A DNA stretch of 64,000 nucleotides, from the IMG/VR virus record IMGVR_UViG_3300043411_001170, positions 73,688 through 137,687 of that record, one strand, 5' to 3'. The DNA comes from a virus. A program made the position numbers and the translations under genes. A model generated the notes under the pieces. The model saw nothing but the letters and a program-made list of their open reading frames with translations. It was not told the DNA's origin and did not search any database. This document shows, piece by piece, positions 1-9,645 of the stretch (position 1 is the stretch's first letter; the number at the start of each line of letters is the position of its first letter).

Positions 1-2
1 GT

Positions 3-767
3 CATTTTGAAAATATTATTTTTGCAAATTCATATGATGCAAGATCTTGTTTTAAGATTTTAGGGGTAGATGGTACAACATTAGGACAAGATATAATTAC
101 ACTGTCTAATTGTTATTTTTTGGCAACAGGATTAGGAACTTATTGTCTTAATGCTTCTATCTTAAATTCTTTGAGACTTTTAAATTGTGACTGTTCTGGT
201 AGTATTGTATCTACCTCCATATTTATAAGTCAATGTGCTATGTTGGAGGTAATTGGATTATTAAGTGGAACTGATATAGCTCTTAGCTATAATAATACCT
301 CTGATATTCCATCAATAATTACGTCAACGTATTCTCTATTGGATAGTAGATTCAATAATTTAACTTGTGTTCTTATAGGAGAAGGATTACTATATATGGA
401 AAAACTAGTTACTAATAATGTGATCTTTGATGGAAATAGAGCATATACACTAATTGACTGTTATGGTGTATTATTACAGCCTAATGGGACAGTGACTGTA
501 AACAGTAAAGGGAGTTCCTATACACTTAATAATGGAACACCTACAGCTACAGTTGATATTGATAATATTCAAGGATCGGTTTCATTTACCGCAGAGACAA
601 CAAAAATTGTAAGTTTTGAAGTTCCTACATCGAATACTGATTATATGGTTTTAACTTCACATCCTTTTGTCGGAGAAAAAGAAGGTGTCGTTAAAACAGT
701 AAATGGTTTTACGGTTGAATTTTCTTCAAATCAAACTGGAACTGTTGACTATTTAGTTCGTAGATAA
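3..767 (+). CDS. 5'-partial fibre/spike-like protein (beta-helix-like region plus C-terminal fibre-type beta domain)
   Basis: Frame is open from position 3 (HFENIIFANS...ITLSNCYFL), so the gene starts before the window. Beta-helix-like 'LxNCxF' and 'LLNCDC' strands; C-terminus 'VSF...DYMVL...KTVNGFTVEF...VDYLVRR' resembles fibre C-terminal domains. Confidence 0.5.
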   Translation, partial: HFENIIFANSYDARSCFKILGVDGTTLGQDIITLSNCYFLATGLGTYCLNASILNSLRLLNCDCSGSIVSTSIFISQCAMLEVIGLLSGTDIALSYNNTSDIPSIITSTYSLLDSRFNNLTCVLIGEGLLYMEKLVTNNVIFDGNRAYTLIDCYGVLLQPNGTVTVNSKGSSYTLNNGTPTATVDIDNIQGSVSFTAETTKIVSFEVPTSNTDYMVLTSHPFVGEKEGVVKTVNGFTVEFSSNQTGTVDYLVRR

Positions 768-790
768 ATATAAAAATAATTAAATATATG

Positions 791-818
791 ATCCCCTGAT
801 ATTATCAGGGGATTTTTT
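791..818 (+). terminator. Intrinsic terminator
   Basis: ATCCCCTGATA-T-TATCAGGGGAT inverted repeat followed by a T run. Confidence 0.75.
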
Positions 819-834
819 CTATGAGGTGATAAAA

Positions 835-1491
835 ATGGCTTTTGATATGAGTAAAATGAGTTTAGATGACGGTGCGATGGATGTATATTTTGATCCCAAA
901 AATTATAAAGTAAATGAGAACACAGCAGTATCGGATTTTTTCTATTCAGATCAATTTAAAAATGGCGATAAAGTAAGATATCTAGGAGGCATGGAAGGGA
1001 AGATATTATTAGGTCGTGATGAGCCTCAAGAAGGAGAAGTAGGGGTTATAATGAAAGTAAGAACTTCCTTGGGAAATGTTACACATTTCGCTGGTAAATT
1101 ATTCGTATTTTGGGATTCGATGGATAAAATTGTACCTGTTCCACATGAGTTATTGGAAAATGCAGGTGAAGATATTGACGATGCCGATATGCAGTATGAT
1201 GGCCCAATCTCTATTGGACCTATATCGAAACAAGCGTTTTACTATTCTTCATCTGTAGAAGATCTGAGGAAACATTTTGTTGTTAAAGGCCCAACATCAA
1301 ATCCTGATGAAGCTGAACTCATACATAAGTCGTCTCAAGAATTGTGGAGCCTAGAAAAATCTGGTTCTGGTTTTAAAATCCAAAGATTATTTAATCCGAA
1401 TGGTGCCCCTATCAAAGAATATCAAACAAAAAAGACGGATAAGAAGCAGGCTCCTGGTAAGTCTGCAATCCGCAGAACTAAAAAGAAGTAA
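835..1491 (+). CDS. Hypothetical protein (putative head-associated)
   Basis: ORF 826..1491; ATG at 835 has a GAGGTG SD; SKQAF and HKSSQ motifs; basic C-terminus. Confidence 0.7.
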   Translation: MAFDMSKMSLDDGAMDVYFDPKNYKVNENTAVSDFFYSDQFKNGDKVRYLGGMEGKILLGRDEPQEGEVGVIMKVRTSLGNVTHFAGKLFVFWDSMDKIVPVPHELLENAGEDIDDADMQYDGPISIGPISKQAFYYSSSVEDLRKHFVVKGPTSNPDEAELIHKSSQELWSLEKSGSGFKIQRLFNPNGAPIKEYQTKKTDKKQAPGKSAIRRTKKK

Positions 1492-1568
1492 ATTATTAAA
1501 TAATTTTTAACAAGTAGGTAAATCATTTTTTATGTATTTTCTTTTTAAGCGGGTTAGAGGATCTAAAA

Positions 1569-3062
1569 ATGTCTATAAAGTCAGATCCATTTTTAAATGA
1601 TCTTATTCTTGCATTTGCAAGAAGTGGGATGGCTGATCAAGATACACCTATTCAGAAGACGGCAGGTGAAGTTAGGTTTATTAAGGAAAATGCGAATGAG
1701 ATGGGGTTATGGGCATATGGTAACTCTGCCCCGGCCAACCGTGAATTAACTCCTAAATTCGATTTTCAAGCTAAAAATCTAAAGCCCCTTGTCGAATGTC
1801 TTAAGTACTCTACAGCAGCATTAAGTTATGCTATGGTTGCTTACGATATTTTTACTAAAATCCCAAGTTCATCTGTATCCCCCGATGGCCGCTTAGGTGG
1901 TAAGGGATATATTATGAAAATACAGGATATTAGAAAAAACTTCATGAATATTGTAGAAGCATTGTCTTCTATGAGTGACACTATCTATGATGAGCTTCAA
2001 GCTCCCCATTGGGCAGCACAAACAAGAGAAATGGAGCCTGAATTAAAAGAAGAATTAAATGATGCTCTTGAGGAAACAGAGAAGATTCGGACAGATCCTG
2101 AAAATTGGGCATTGTCTCAGTTTGATTCTCTCGACGCTTCTCCTGCTATCTCTAAATCTGTAGATGGGTCGGATGACAAAATTGACAAGGCTCCATTAGT
2201 TATGGATGTACCTAAACCAGAAATTGTAGATCCAAGAGTAAAGAAAAGACCAGTATCCTCGTTAGATTCCGATACAGAAAATGATTTGAATGAATTGGAC
2301 GCCCTAACCTCTCCCAGCCAGAAGAGTACGAATACTGAAGAATCTGAGTGGGTTGGTGATATGGCGGAAGACATAACCGCACCTATTAAGAGAAATGATG
2401 AAATTAAAGCGATTAAAAAACAAACTCCTAAATTACCTCCTAAGCCAGTAACTCCTCCAGAGACTAAGAAAGAGCCAGAGAAGAAAGAGGTAGTGAAGCC
2501 AGAACCTGTAAAGAAAGAACCTATAAAAAAAGACGTTCCAAAACCTAAACCTGAGAAAAAAGAAGATAAATTAATTGCAAAGAAGCCCCCAGAACTACCA
2601 GAAGAACCTAAAGCTCAAGACACAGTAGAAGACGATGACTGGTTAGAAGACGCTAAAAAACCAGTAAAACCTCCTGTCAAAAAGGGTCCACCAAAGCCAT
2701 CTGCAAGTACCTTTGATGATTTTCTTGAATTAGACACGCCAAAGAAAAAGACGGCTCCTGTTGTACAAGATAATTCAGAAGATGACGACTGGTTGGATGA
2801 TACAACGGATATTAATCCGAAAAAGAACGTGACTATGGATAACCAAGATGAGCAGGATATATTTTCAGAAGAACCAGAGGAACAGCTAAATGAAGATGAC
2901 TGGATTAATTCTGTTCCAGAAGAAGATAAGGAAGTGGAAGATGAAGAAACTGATTGGTTAACTTCTGTCGTTCCAGAACCTCCAAAACCTTCTCCCTCAC
3001 CAACACAAAAGACTGCTGGGAGAAATGATGATTGGAAAAAATACACAACATTAAAATTATAA
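1569..3062 (+). CDS. Hypothetical protein: helical N-domain plus Pro/Lys-rich and acidic DDW-repeat disordered tail (putative internal head protein)
   Basis: 497 aa, GAGG SD; QKTAG near both ends; repeated (E/D)DDW(L/I) motifs. Confidence 0.75.
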   Translation: MSIKSDPFLNDLILAFARSGMADQDTPIQKTAGEVRFIKENANEMGLWAYGNSAPANRELTPKFDFQAKNLKPLVECLKYSTAALSYAMVAYDIFTKIPSSSVSPDGRLGGKGYIMKIQDIRKNFMNIVEALSSMSDTIYDELQAPHWAAQTREMEPELKEELNDALEETEKIRTDPENWALSQFDSLDASPAISKSVDGSDDKIDKAPLVMDVPKPEIVDPRVKKRPVSSLDSDTENDLNELDALTSPSQKSTNTEESEWVGDMAEDITAPIKRNDEIKAIKKQTPKLPPKPVTPPETKKEPEKKEVVKPEPVKKEPIKKDVPKPKPEKKEDKLIAKKPPELPEEPKAQDTVEDDDWLEDAKKPVKPPVKKGPPKPSASTFDDFLELDTPKKKTAPVVQDNSEDDDWLDDTTDINPKKNVTMDNQDEQDIFSEEPEEQLNEDDWINSVPEEDKEVEDEETDWLTSVVPEPPKPSPSPTQKTAGRNDDWKKYTTLKL

Positions 3063-3077
3063 TTATAGAGGAACGAC

Positions 3078-5681
3078 ATGGCTAAAACACCAAAAAACCC
3101 ATATTCATTTGATGGTTTCGATATAGAATCTCTTGAATCTCCTACTCAAGAGAAAGTAGGAAATTTCACATTTAATAGTCCACAACAAACGGATTACCCG
3201 CAATTATATGAGCTAATAGATGACACCGGGGAAAGTCCAAAATTTAACATTGACGAAGCATTTGATGACGGAATAAACCTTAATGCTTTTTTGGAAGAAC
3301 CAAAAGAAACGGTTAATGATTTAAGATGGCTTACTCATCCAGACGTAAAAGAGATACCCACAGAAACTGCCCATATACGAGATGAACTACATCGACAATG
3401 GGTAGATAAAAAACCTTATAAACGTTTAGATTATTCGGAGCACCATAAAGAATCTCCAAAACCTGAGTTGCCTAAGCTTTCTTTAAGAACGGTATTACAA
3501 AAAGCCGTTAGAATGGCATCTGATGGGATTCCTCATAGTGTTATTTATGAATACTTAAATCCTATTTCTTCGATGGATGCCGTTCAAAAAACTATATCTA
3601 TCATAAATCGAGAAAAGGATGTGTTAGGAAGATTGTTCATCAGAGCTAGTGTTTACCCTGGATGCCATAAAGGTGAATGGAAAGATAAAGTAAGGTCGTG
3701 CAATAATTCGGCACGCTATATTATTTCTGCAAAGAAATGCAGGGGTTGCTATCAAAATAGAGGTGGAAGGTGCGACATATTTAAAAAAGAAATTGTTGAT
3801 CTCTTGCCTTGGTCAAAAGCTCTTGCATGGTATCAACCTATATTTGAAGAACATGGAATTAATGCTGTAGGTAATACAGTAGAGGAAAAAGTTATTTCCA
3901 TGTTTAGGGCGGTTCCATCCACGCCAAAAACACCTGAAAATTATTTCCCTGTAGATTACCTTCCTACAGTCCCATTAGAGCAAGCTGTAGATGAAATTGT
4001 TTCTTATAAAGATAAAAGAAAAGTTATAGACATTTCATATAGAAACGAAATGAAGGAATATGAAAATGCAGTAAGTTATTTAGATAACTTAAAAAGATGT
4101 ATGCTTATTACTCCAAAAGACTACGAAAACATTTTGCGTTCAACTGATAGTCCTATTACTATTATGTTGAAAGCCAGAGACGTTTTATTAAAGACCAAGG
4201 AAGTCGGTCTATATAGTGGACCTGGAATGGATGTCTTACTAAATCAATTTGGAGACGTAAGTGAAGAAGAAATGTTAGCGTACCTTGCTAACATTGATAA
4301 TAAGCAAATTATATTAGACAATAGCCATAAAATCATACAAGAGAATAAAAGAAGGGCTGTAGATCAAATTAATAAATGGGTTCAGAATAGAATGCTCACC
4401 CCAGAGCAAGGAAAGTCAATACTTGCATTAGATTTATCACCTACGGATATCATCTTACTAGGAAAAAATACAATACTAAGTAAGGGAGATACTCCTACTT
4501 ATTATGGTTATGGGACGGACAAAGTTATAAATCCCGATAAAGTCGTGTCTTTGGATGACGCTTGGAGGGATATTGCTAATTTCAAGAATACACAGCAAGT
4601 AATTGATCTATCGTATAGAAATAAAGTAAGAGAAGAGTCTGAGATAAAAGAAAATCTACAAAGATGGATGCAGACAGGATTACTTAGTAAATTGGCGTTT
4701 GATTTCCTTTCTGACAATATTGGGAAAAGGCCAAAACATGAGATCCTATCTAAAGCTGCTAAAATTATCCAAGGTAATGTGGTTAAAGTAAGAGATTACC
4801 AAGGTCCAGGTGTTGATCACGAAGTAAAGAAGGTTGCTTCTTCTAAAGAAATTGCTCAAGAATTGAAAAATATGGAAATTCAGAGCAAAAAGGAAGAACA
4901 GAGGTTTTCTAAACTTATACAAGATAGAAAAAGATCTGGTCTGTTAAAATATATCGGGGATATGAAAAATAAAGGCATTTTGAAAGAGGCTTCTGCGGAA
5001 AAACTGTCTCAGTTATGTACGGTCACAAATGATTTAAAGAAAGCTTTTGATTTATCCATGTCTTTAATACGAATGGAAATGAATGGTCCTCATAGACCAG
5101 AAATGAAAGAGATAACAAAAGAAGCTTACGATGGAGAGGGAATAGGTGCAGTTCCTCAATTAGATATGACGTTAGAAGATGCTGTGAATGAAGTTGAATA
5201 TGCCGAAGAACTTCCAGGATTTAGTTTGCCAGAAATAGCTAAGGCGGGAGATAAGATCACCGATTTGATGAATAAAGGCTTATCAGGTAAAGCTCTTGCA
5301 GATGCGATAGGACAAGCAGGTTTAGACCAAATTGTCGATTATGTCCCAATTTTATCTGCAAATTTACAAATGAATGATGGCGTCATAGGTGTTTTATTTT
5401 TAGATCCTGAAATATATTTTACTCAGAATCTAGATGGGTGTAAAGCAGCAGCTAAGAAATTAAAAAAATCACCTGTACAAAATATCTTGGAAAAGCCAAA
5501 ATGCGTTAAGTGTACTCAGAACAGGGGCGATTTTTGTAACGTTTACGGAAGAAAATTGGTTAAACCCGATTTTGAAGAAATTCTGAGATCCCGTAGTAAA
5601 AAATCCCCAGAGAAGCTAGTACCTTATGTGGCTGAATTAGATCCCTCTTTAGTTGATGACTGGAACACTGACTTAGATTAA
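3078..5681 (+). CDS. Large hypothetical protein with two Cys4 domains flanking ~100-aa repeats
   Basis: 867 aa; GC...KCxxCxQNRGxxC occurs twice; YxGxG repeats at 4212, 4500, 4797, 5127; KVAS, KEAS and RMAS motifs. Confidence 0.75.
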   Translation: MAKTPKNPYSFDGFDIESLESPTQEKVGNFTFNSPQQTDYPQLYELIDDTGESPKFNIDEAFDDGINLNAFLEEPKETVNDLRWLTHPDVKEIPTETAHIRDELHRQWVDKKPYKRLDYSEHHKESPKPELPKLSLRTVLQKAVRMASDGIPHSVIYEYLNPISSMDAVQKTISIINREKDVLGRLFIRASVYPGCHKGEWKDKVRSCNNSARYIISAKKCRGCYQNRGGRCDIFKKEIVDLLPWSKALAWYQPIFEEHGINAVGNTVEEKVISMFRAVPSTPKTPENYFPVDYLPTVPLEQAVDEIVSYKDKRKVIDISYRNEMKEYENAVSYLDNLKRCMLITPKDYENILRSTDSPITIMLKARDVLLKTKEVGLYSGPGMDVLLNQFGDVSEEEMLAYLANIDNKQIILDNSHKIIQENKRRAVDQINKWVQNRMLTPEQGKSILALDLSPTDIILLGKNTILSKGDTPTYYGYGTDKVINPDKVVSLDDAWRDIANFKNTQQVIDLSYRNKVREESEIKENLQRWMQTGLLSKLAFDFLSDNIGKRPKHEILSKAAKIIQGNVVKVRDYQGPGVDHEVKKVASSKEIAQELKNMEIQSKKEEQRFSKLIQDRKRSGLLKYIGDMKNKGILKEASAEKLSQLCTVTNDLKKAFDLSMSLIRMEMNGPHRPEMKEITKEAYDGEGIGAVPQLDMTLEDAVNEVEYAEELPGFSLPEIAKAGDKITDLMNKGLSGKALADAIGQAGLDQIVDYVPILSANLQMNDGVIGVLFLDPEIYFTQNLDGCKAAAKKLKKSPVQNILEKPKCVKCTQNRGDFCNVYGRKLVKPDFEEILRSRSKKSPEKLVPYVAELDPSLVDDWNTDLD

Positions 5682-5726
5682 ATTTTACACCTAAATACAC
5701 CTAAATAATTGAGGCTAGTTTTTGAT

Positions 5727-7928
5727 ATGTCTAATCTTAAAGCAAAATATAGAAAGTTGATTCAACGTTTAGCTAAGGACGATGCCCCTAGTATAGATGA
5801 ATTGACTAATCTAGCGAATAGTAAAAAGAAAAATACTCCTAAACCTCCTCCTGTTCCAGCACCAAAAGCTAAAACAGAGACTAAACCAGAGGCTAAAAAG
5901 CCACCTCCTATTCCAGAAGCAGCTAAGAAAAAACCTAAAAATCTTGACGACGTAAAAAGTATTAGTCTTTTTGAGGGATTACATCAAGAAAACGTACTTT
6001 TACGTTCTATTCAGGCAGACAATAAGTTTCCATTAGTTCCTGCTGAATATATTATATGGAGAATGATTCCGACAGAGAAATTTTTTGGTGGTTTAGCTGT
6101 TGCTCCCCATAATAAAGAGGGAAAATCTTGGAGGGATTTACATACCCCAACGGGAATATATGTTCCTGAAGTAAAAAATATCAGAATGAAGAAATTTAAA
6201 AAGGCATGGGATAAATTACCTGACAGTGTCCAGTATCAATCCGTAAAAAAGATTATCATTAATAATGCGAAAACTTTTCAAAAATCTAAAGATATCCTAA
6301 AGAACTATATTAATTCAAATTTAGGTGATGCTTTAAATGTGGAAAGTGCCTTTGTCGTTATGGATAAAAATCCTACAAAGTACGGTAAATTATCAGCAGC
6401 TTTGAAGCTGATGAATACTCCTGAGTTCATTGCTAATAAGTTGCTACCTGGAATCTCTAAAAAGAAAGATATTCCTACGAGTATTAATGAACTGATCTCT
6501 GCTAATTCTGACGTAGCTGAACAGTATGAATTATTAAAGAAGGCGAACCCGGTCTATGCCGAAGCTGTTATAAATAATCTTGTTAATGAAACAACGAAAC
6601 AATTACAGAATAAAGAAAATGTAGATGCTCCCGAAGAACTTCCTCCAGTTGCTCCAAGTAAATCAGAGACTGATAGAGCTTTAGAGGAATCAAAACCTCC
6701 TGCACCTAAGTCTAAACCAGAGTTACCCCTAGCTGCACGGCCATTTTCTGACTTTGAAGCTGAATTTTCGGCCATTGTAACTAGAAAGAAAGCCAAATTA
6801 AAAGATGTAGATACCATTGTAAATAACATCTTGAATGTCAAGGATGAGTATAGACAGTTAAATCCCAGAACAGCAGAGATGCTTAGACGTAAGCTAACAG
6901 ATCACTTAAAGAAAGTATATATTACTAAGCATGCTTGGAATGTGATGTCTTCCAATAATCCGAATATGAAAGTAGATGTGGATGAAAGAATAAACTTGTC
7001 CAACACCCAAGGACAACAACAAGCCTTGAGTATGGTTACTGGACCTATGACTCCAAATCAACAGGCTATCACAGGTGAATCGGTTATTAAAGTTCTTGGA
7101 AATTCGGCAGCAATTAAAAACGCAATTAAAGATGCCATAAATCAACAAGATCAGAATAATCAAGATGCAGTTGCAGATGCTTTGAATCCTAGTACCTCTT
7201 TCTGCTCTGCATTCCAAAATGTAATGACAGATCCTCACCCTGATTTATCTAGAGTGGCTGTAAATGTTGATCCTAGTATACTATATAATTTGGCGTCGAT
7301 CCCACAACCCACAACAGTTAATTCCAATACTCTATTGCTTCCTAAAAATGAGCCTCCAGATCCAGGAGCTATTGCTATTCCTGCAAACCAACTACCTCAA
7401 ATGGTTGGAAATCCAATGGCCTTGTTATCGATGCCTCCTCAAGGAATGCAAGGAATGATGCAGATGATGGCTTTAAATCAAGCTATGGGATCTGTTAATA
7501 GACAACAGGCATATCAAAATAATTTAGCTAGTATGACACAACAAATTGAAGCCTTTAAAACAATGATGGAAACTTTAAAGGCAACTGTTGCCCCAATTTG
7601 GGGAGATGAGATAACCAGAAGATTTGAACATGAAGCATATAATACATTCCTAAATAAATTTATGGAAATGTTTATGATGCAGGCTATTTCAAATCAATTT
7701 GGAATCCCAATGGAAAATATGAGCATCTTTACTCAACAACAAATGGCACAAATGTCAAATCCACAAGAGGGGGCAGCATTTGTAGAAAATCCACAAGGTG
7801 TGAGTAAGGTTGCTAAAAATCTAAATCCTATGCAGAAATTCGCTGTTTCTCTGGTCAAAGAATTGACCATGCCTACTAAAGCATCCATTGTCGGTCTAGC
7901 CCAAATTGTTGTAACAACTGCTAAATAA
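5727..7928 (+). CDS. Hypothetical protein with Q/M/N-rich C-terminal region (putative internal head protein)
   Basis: ORF 5709..7928; ATG at 5727 follows GAGG; begins MSNLKAKYRKLIQRLA. Confidence 0.7.
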   Translation: MSNLKAKYRKLIQRLAKDDAPSIDELTNLANSKKKNTPKPPPVPAPKAKTETKPEAKKPPPIPEAAKKKPKNLDDVKSISLFEGLHQENVLLRSIQADNKFPLVPAEYIIWRMIPTEKFFGGLAVAPHNKEGKSWRDLHTPTGIYVPEVKNIRMKKFKKAWDKLPDSVQYQSVKKIIINNAKTFQKSKDILKNYINSNLGDALNVESAFVVMDKNPTKYGKLSAALKLMNTPEFIANKLLPGISKKKDIPTSINELISANSDVAEQYELLKKANPVYAEAVINNLVNETTKQLQNKENVDAPEELPPVAPSKSETDRALEESKPPAPKSKPELPLAARPFSDFEAEFSAIVTRKKAKLKDVDTIVNNILNVKDEYRQLNPRTAEMLRRKLTDHLKKVYITKHAWNVMSSNNPNMKVDVDERINLSNTQGQQQALSMVTGPMTPNQQAITGESVIKVLGNSAAIKNAIKDAINQQDQNNQDAVADALNPSTSFCSAFQNVMTDPHPDLSRVAVNVDPSILYNLASIPQPTTVNSNTLLLPKNEPPDPGAIAIPANQLPQMVGNPMALLSMPPQGMQGMMQMMALNQAMGSVNRQQAYQNNLASMTQQIEAFKTMMETLKATVAPIWGDEITRRFEHEAYNTFLNKFMEMFMMQAISNQFGIPMENMSIFTQQQMAQMSNPQEGAAFVENPQGVSKVAKNLNPMQKFAVSLVKELTMPTKASIVGLAQIVVTTAK

Positions 7929-7943
7929 ATTAGAGGTAAATAA

Positions 7944-8348
7944 ATGTCGAATTTAAAATTGGCTCATGCAATAATTAAATTAGCTCAGAAGATATTAGAT
8001 AATAAACCCCCTACAGAATTGGAATTACAGGTAGCCAAGGAAATAAAGAATCTTACTCGTAGCATGTTCTATAAAGATAACATGGTGCAGACTGACGTTG
8101 ATTTTAATGAAAATATGTATTATGTCAGATTTACCCTGCGAGAACTGTGGAATGGAGATATATTTGCTTTCTACGAATTTTCAGATCCAGACTATCCTAG
8201 AGAATGGACCCTAAAATTCGATACAAAGCCATACAAAGGAAATCCTAAAAAGATAGCTGAATCTTTGATCTCCGAAGTAAAGAAAAAATCTAAGAATATT
8301 TTAAGTAATGTTACAGAAGATAACGGATTTTCTCAGAAACATGTTTAA
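7944..8348 (+). CDS. Hypothetical protein
   Basis: 134 aa, GAGGT SD; begins MSNLKLAHAIIKLA, like the upstream gene. Confidence 0.7.
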   Translation: MSNLKLAHAIIKLAQKILDNKPPTELELQVAKEIKNLTRSMFYKDNMVQTDVDFNENMYYVRFTLRELWNGDIFAFYEFSDPDYPREWTLKFDTKPYKGNPKKIAESLISEVKKKSKNILSNVTEDNGFSQKHV

Positions 8349-8365
8349 TAATTTGAGGTAATCAT

Positions 8366-9106
8366 ATGACAGCAACATCCAAAGAGTTTTCAGATATAGC
8401 AACCTTAATTAAATCTACGGATAGACCTCTAGGATTAGATGTATCGACACATCAGCCTAAAATAGATTGGAAAGCTGTCTATGATTTTGGAATAAAATGG
8501 GTCTATATAAAATCTACAGAAGGCTCTTATCATAAGGACGAACAGTTTTTAAATCATTGGAAGGGTGCTAAAGACGCTGGGTTACTTACTAGCGCGTATC
8601 ATTACGCTATATTATTTTGGAAGGGAAAGGCATCTACACCTGAAAAAGAAGCTAAAAATCTGCTCTCTACGGTGCCTACTGATTATGATTTGCCTTTGGC
8701 ATTAGACTTGGAACCGAAAGAAGTAAAGCCGATAGTAGATGCTTTAGGAAAGAAAGCAGGTGCTGATTGGATAAAAAGATTTATTAAAGTCATAGAAGAT
8801 GAGACAGGAAAATCTCCATGTCTATATACCCATCATAGAATTATGGGAAGTGAAATGTTAGGAGATGAAGCTTTACAATTTAAAGCCTACTATACGTGGT
8901 GGGCATATTACGTTAGCTCTATGGAGTCTATTATTAAAGGAAACCATAAATTACCCCCAGGTTGGGGATGGAATATGTGGCAATGTACGTCTAATGGATC
9001 TATCCCAGGAATTTCCAGTAGAGTAGATATAAATATATTCAATGGATCACTATTAGAATTTGAAATGTGGTCTAAAACATGGGGTATTGCGACGAGCGTT
9101 CCCTAA
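8366..9106 (+). CDS. GH25 family muramidase (endolysin-like)
   Basis: GH25 motifs: GLDVSTHQ, IKSTEG, AYHY, catalytic LDLE (DxE), MWQ...G.IPGI..RVDIN. Confidence 0.9.
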   Translation: MTATSKEFSDIATLIKSTDRPLGLDVSTHQPKIDWKAVYDFGIKWVYIKSTEGSYHKDEQFLNHWKGAKDAGLLTSAYHYAILFWKGKASTPEKEAKNLLSTVPTDYDLPLALDLEPKEVKPIVDALGKKAGADWIKRFIKVIEDETGKSPCLYTHHRIMGSEMLGDEALQFKAYYTWWAYYVSSMESIIKGNHKLPPGWGWNMWQCTSNGSIPGISSRVDINIFNGSLLEFEMWSKTWGIATSVP

Positions 9107-9121
9107 TTTAAGAGATTAAAG

Positions 9122-9628
9122 ATGCCAATACCATTAAAATTTTCTAATGTTTTTGATTCATTTAAAGATCTAGTAGTTCATCCAGACCCTGTTACTGGTA
9201 ATCTCGTACCAAAATTAGTAAATCAATCTTTATTAGTTTTACCTGATGAGTCGGGAGTAAACTGTTCAATAGGTTGGGACACTGATAGCACTTTAGTAAA
9301 TTCTATGCTTGATATTACAGTTGCTAATAATGATTTTACAGCTAGAGCAGTATTATATTTACATACCTATAAGCTAATTAGTGGCTTAGATTGGGTAGTA
9401 GGTGGAGGTGTTAATGCCAGTGCTACTAATTTAGCTGCTGCAATAAATAATCTAGATGGATTTTCTGCAACAGCGGCGGGAGCCGTCATAACTGTATTAG
9501 GTCCAAAAGGTGCAGCAGGATTTGGGATTCCATTCAAGTCGTCATATGACGGGGCTATTGTTAATTTCACTTTCTCTACCGAAAACTACCTGACGCATGC
9601 TACTATTACGAAGCCCTATATAGAATAA
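9122..9628 (+). CDS. Putative virion structural protein carrying the sheath-type insertion domain
   Basis: SATNLAAAINNLDGFSATAAGAVITV resembles the domain in 34966..35991 and in the sheath. Confidence 0.55.
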   Translation: MPIPLKFSNVFDSFKDLVVHPDPVTGNLVPKLVNQSLLVLPDESGVNCSIGWDTDSTLVNSMLDITVANNDFTARAVLYLHTYKLISGLDWVVGGGVNASATNLAAAINNLDGFSATAAGAVITVLGPKGAAGFGIPFKSSYDGAIVNFTFSTENYLTHATITKPYIE

Positions 9629-9645
9629 TTGATAGAAAGGTAAAT

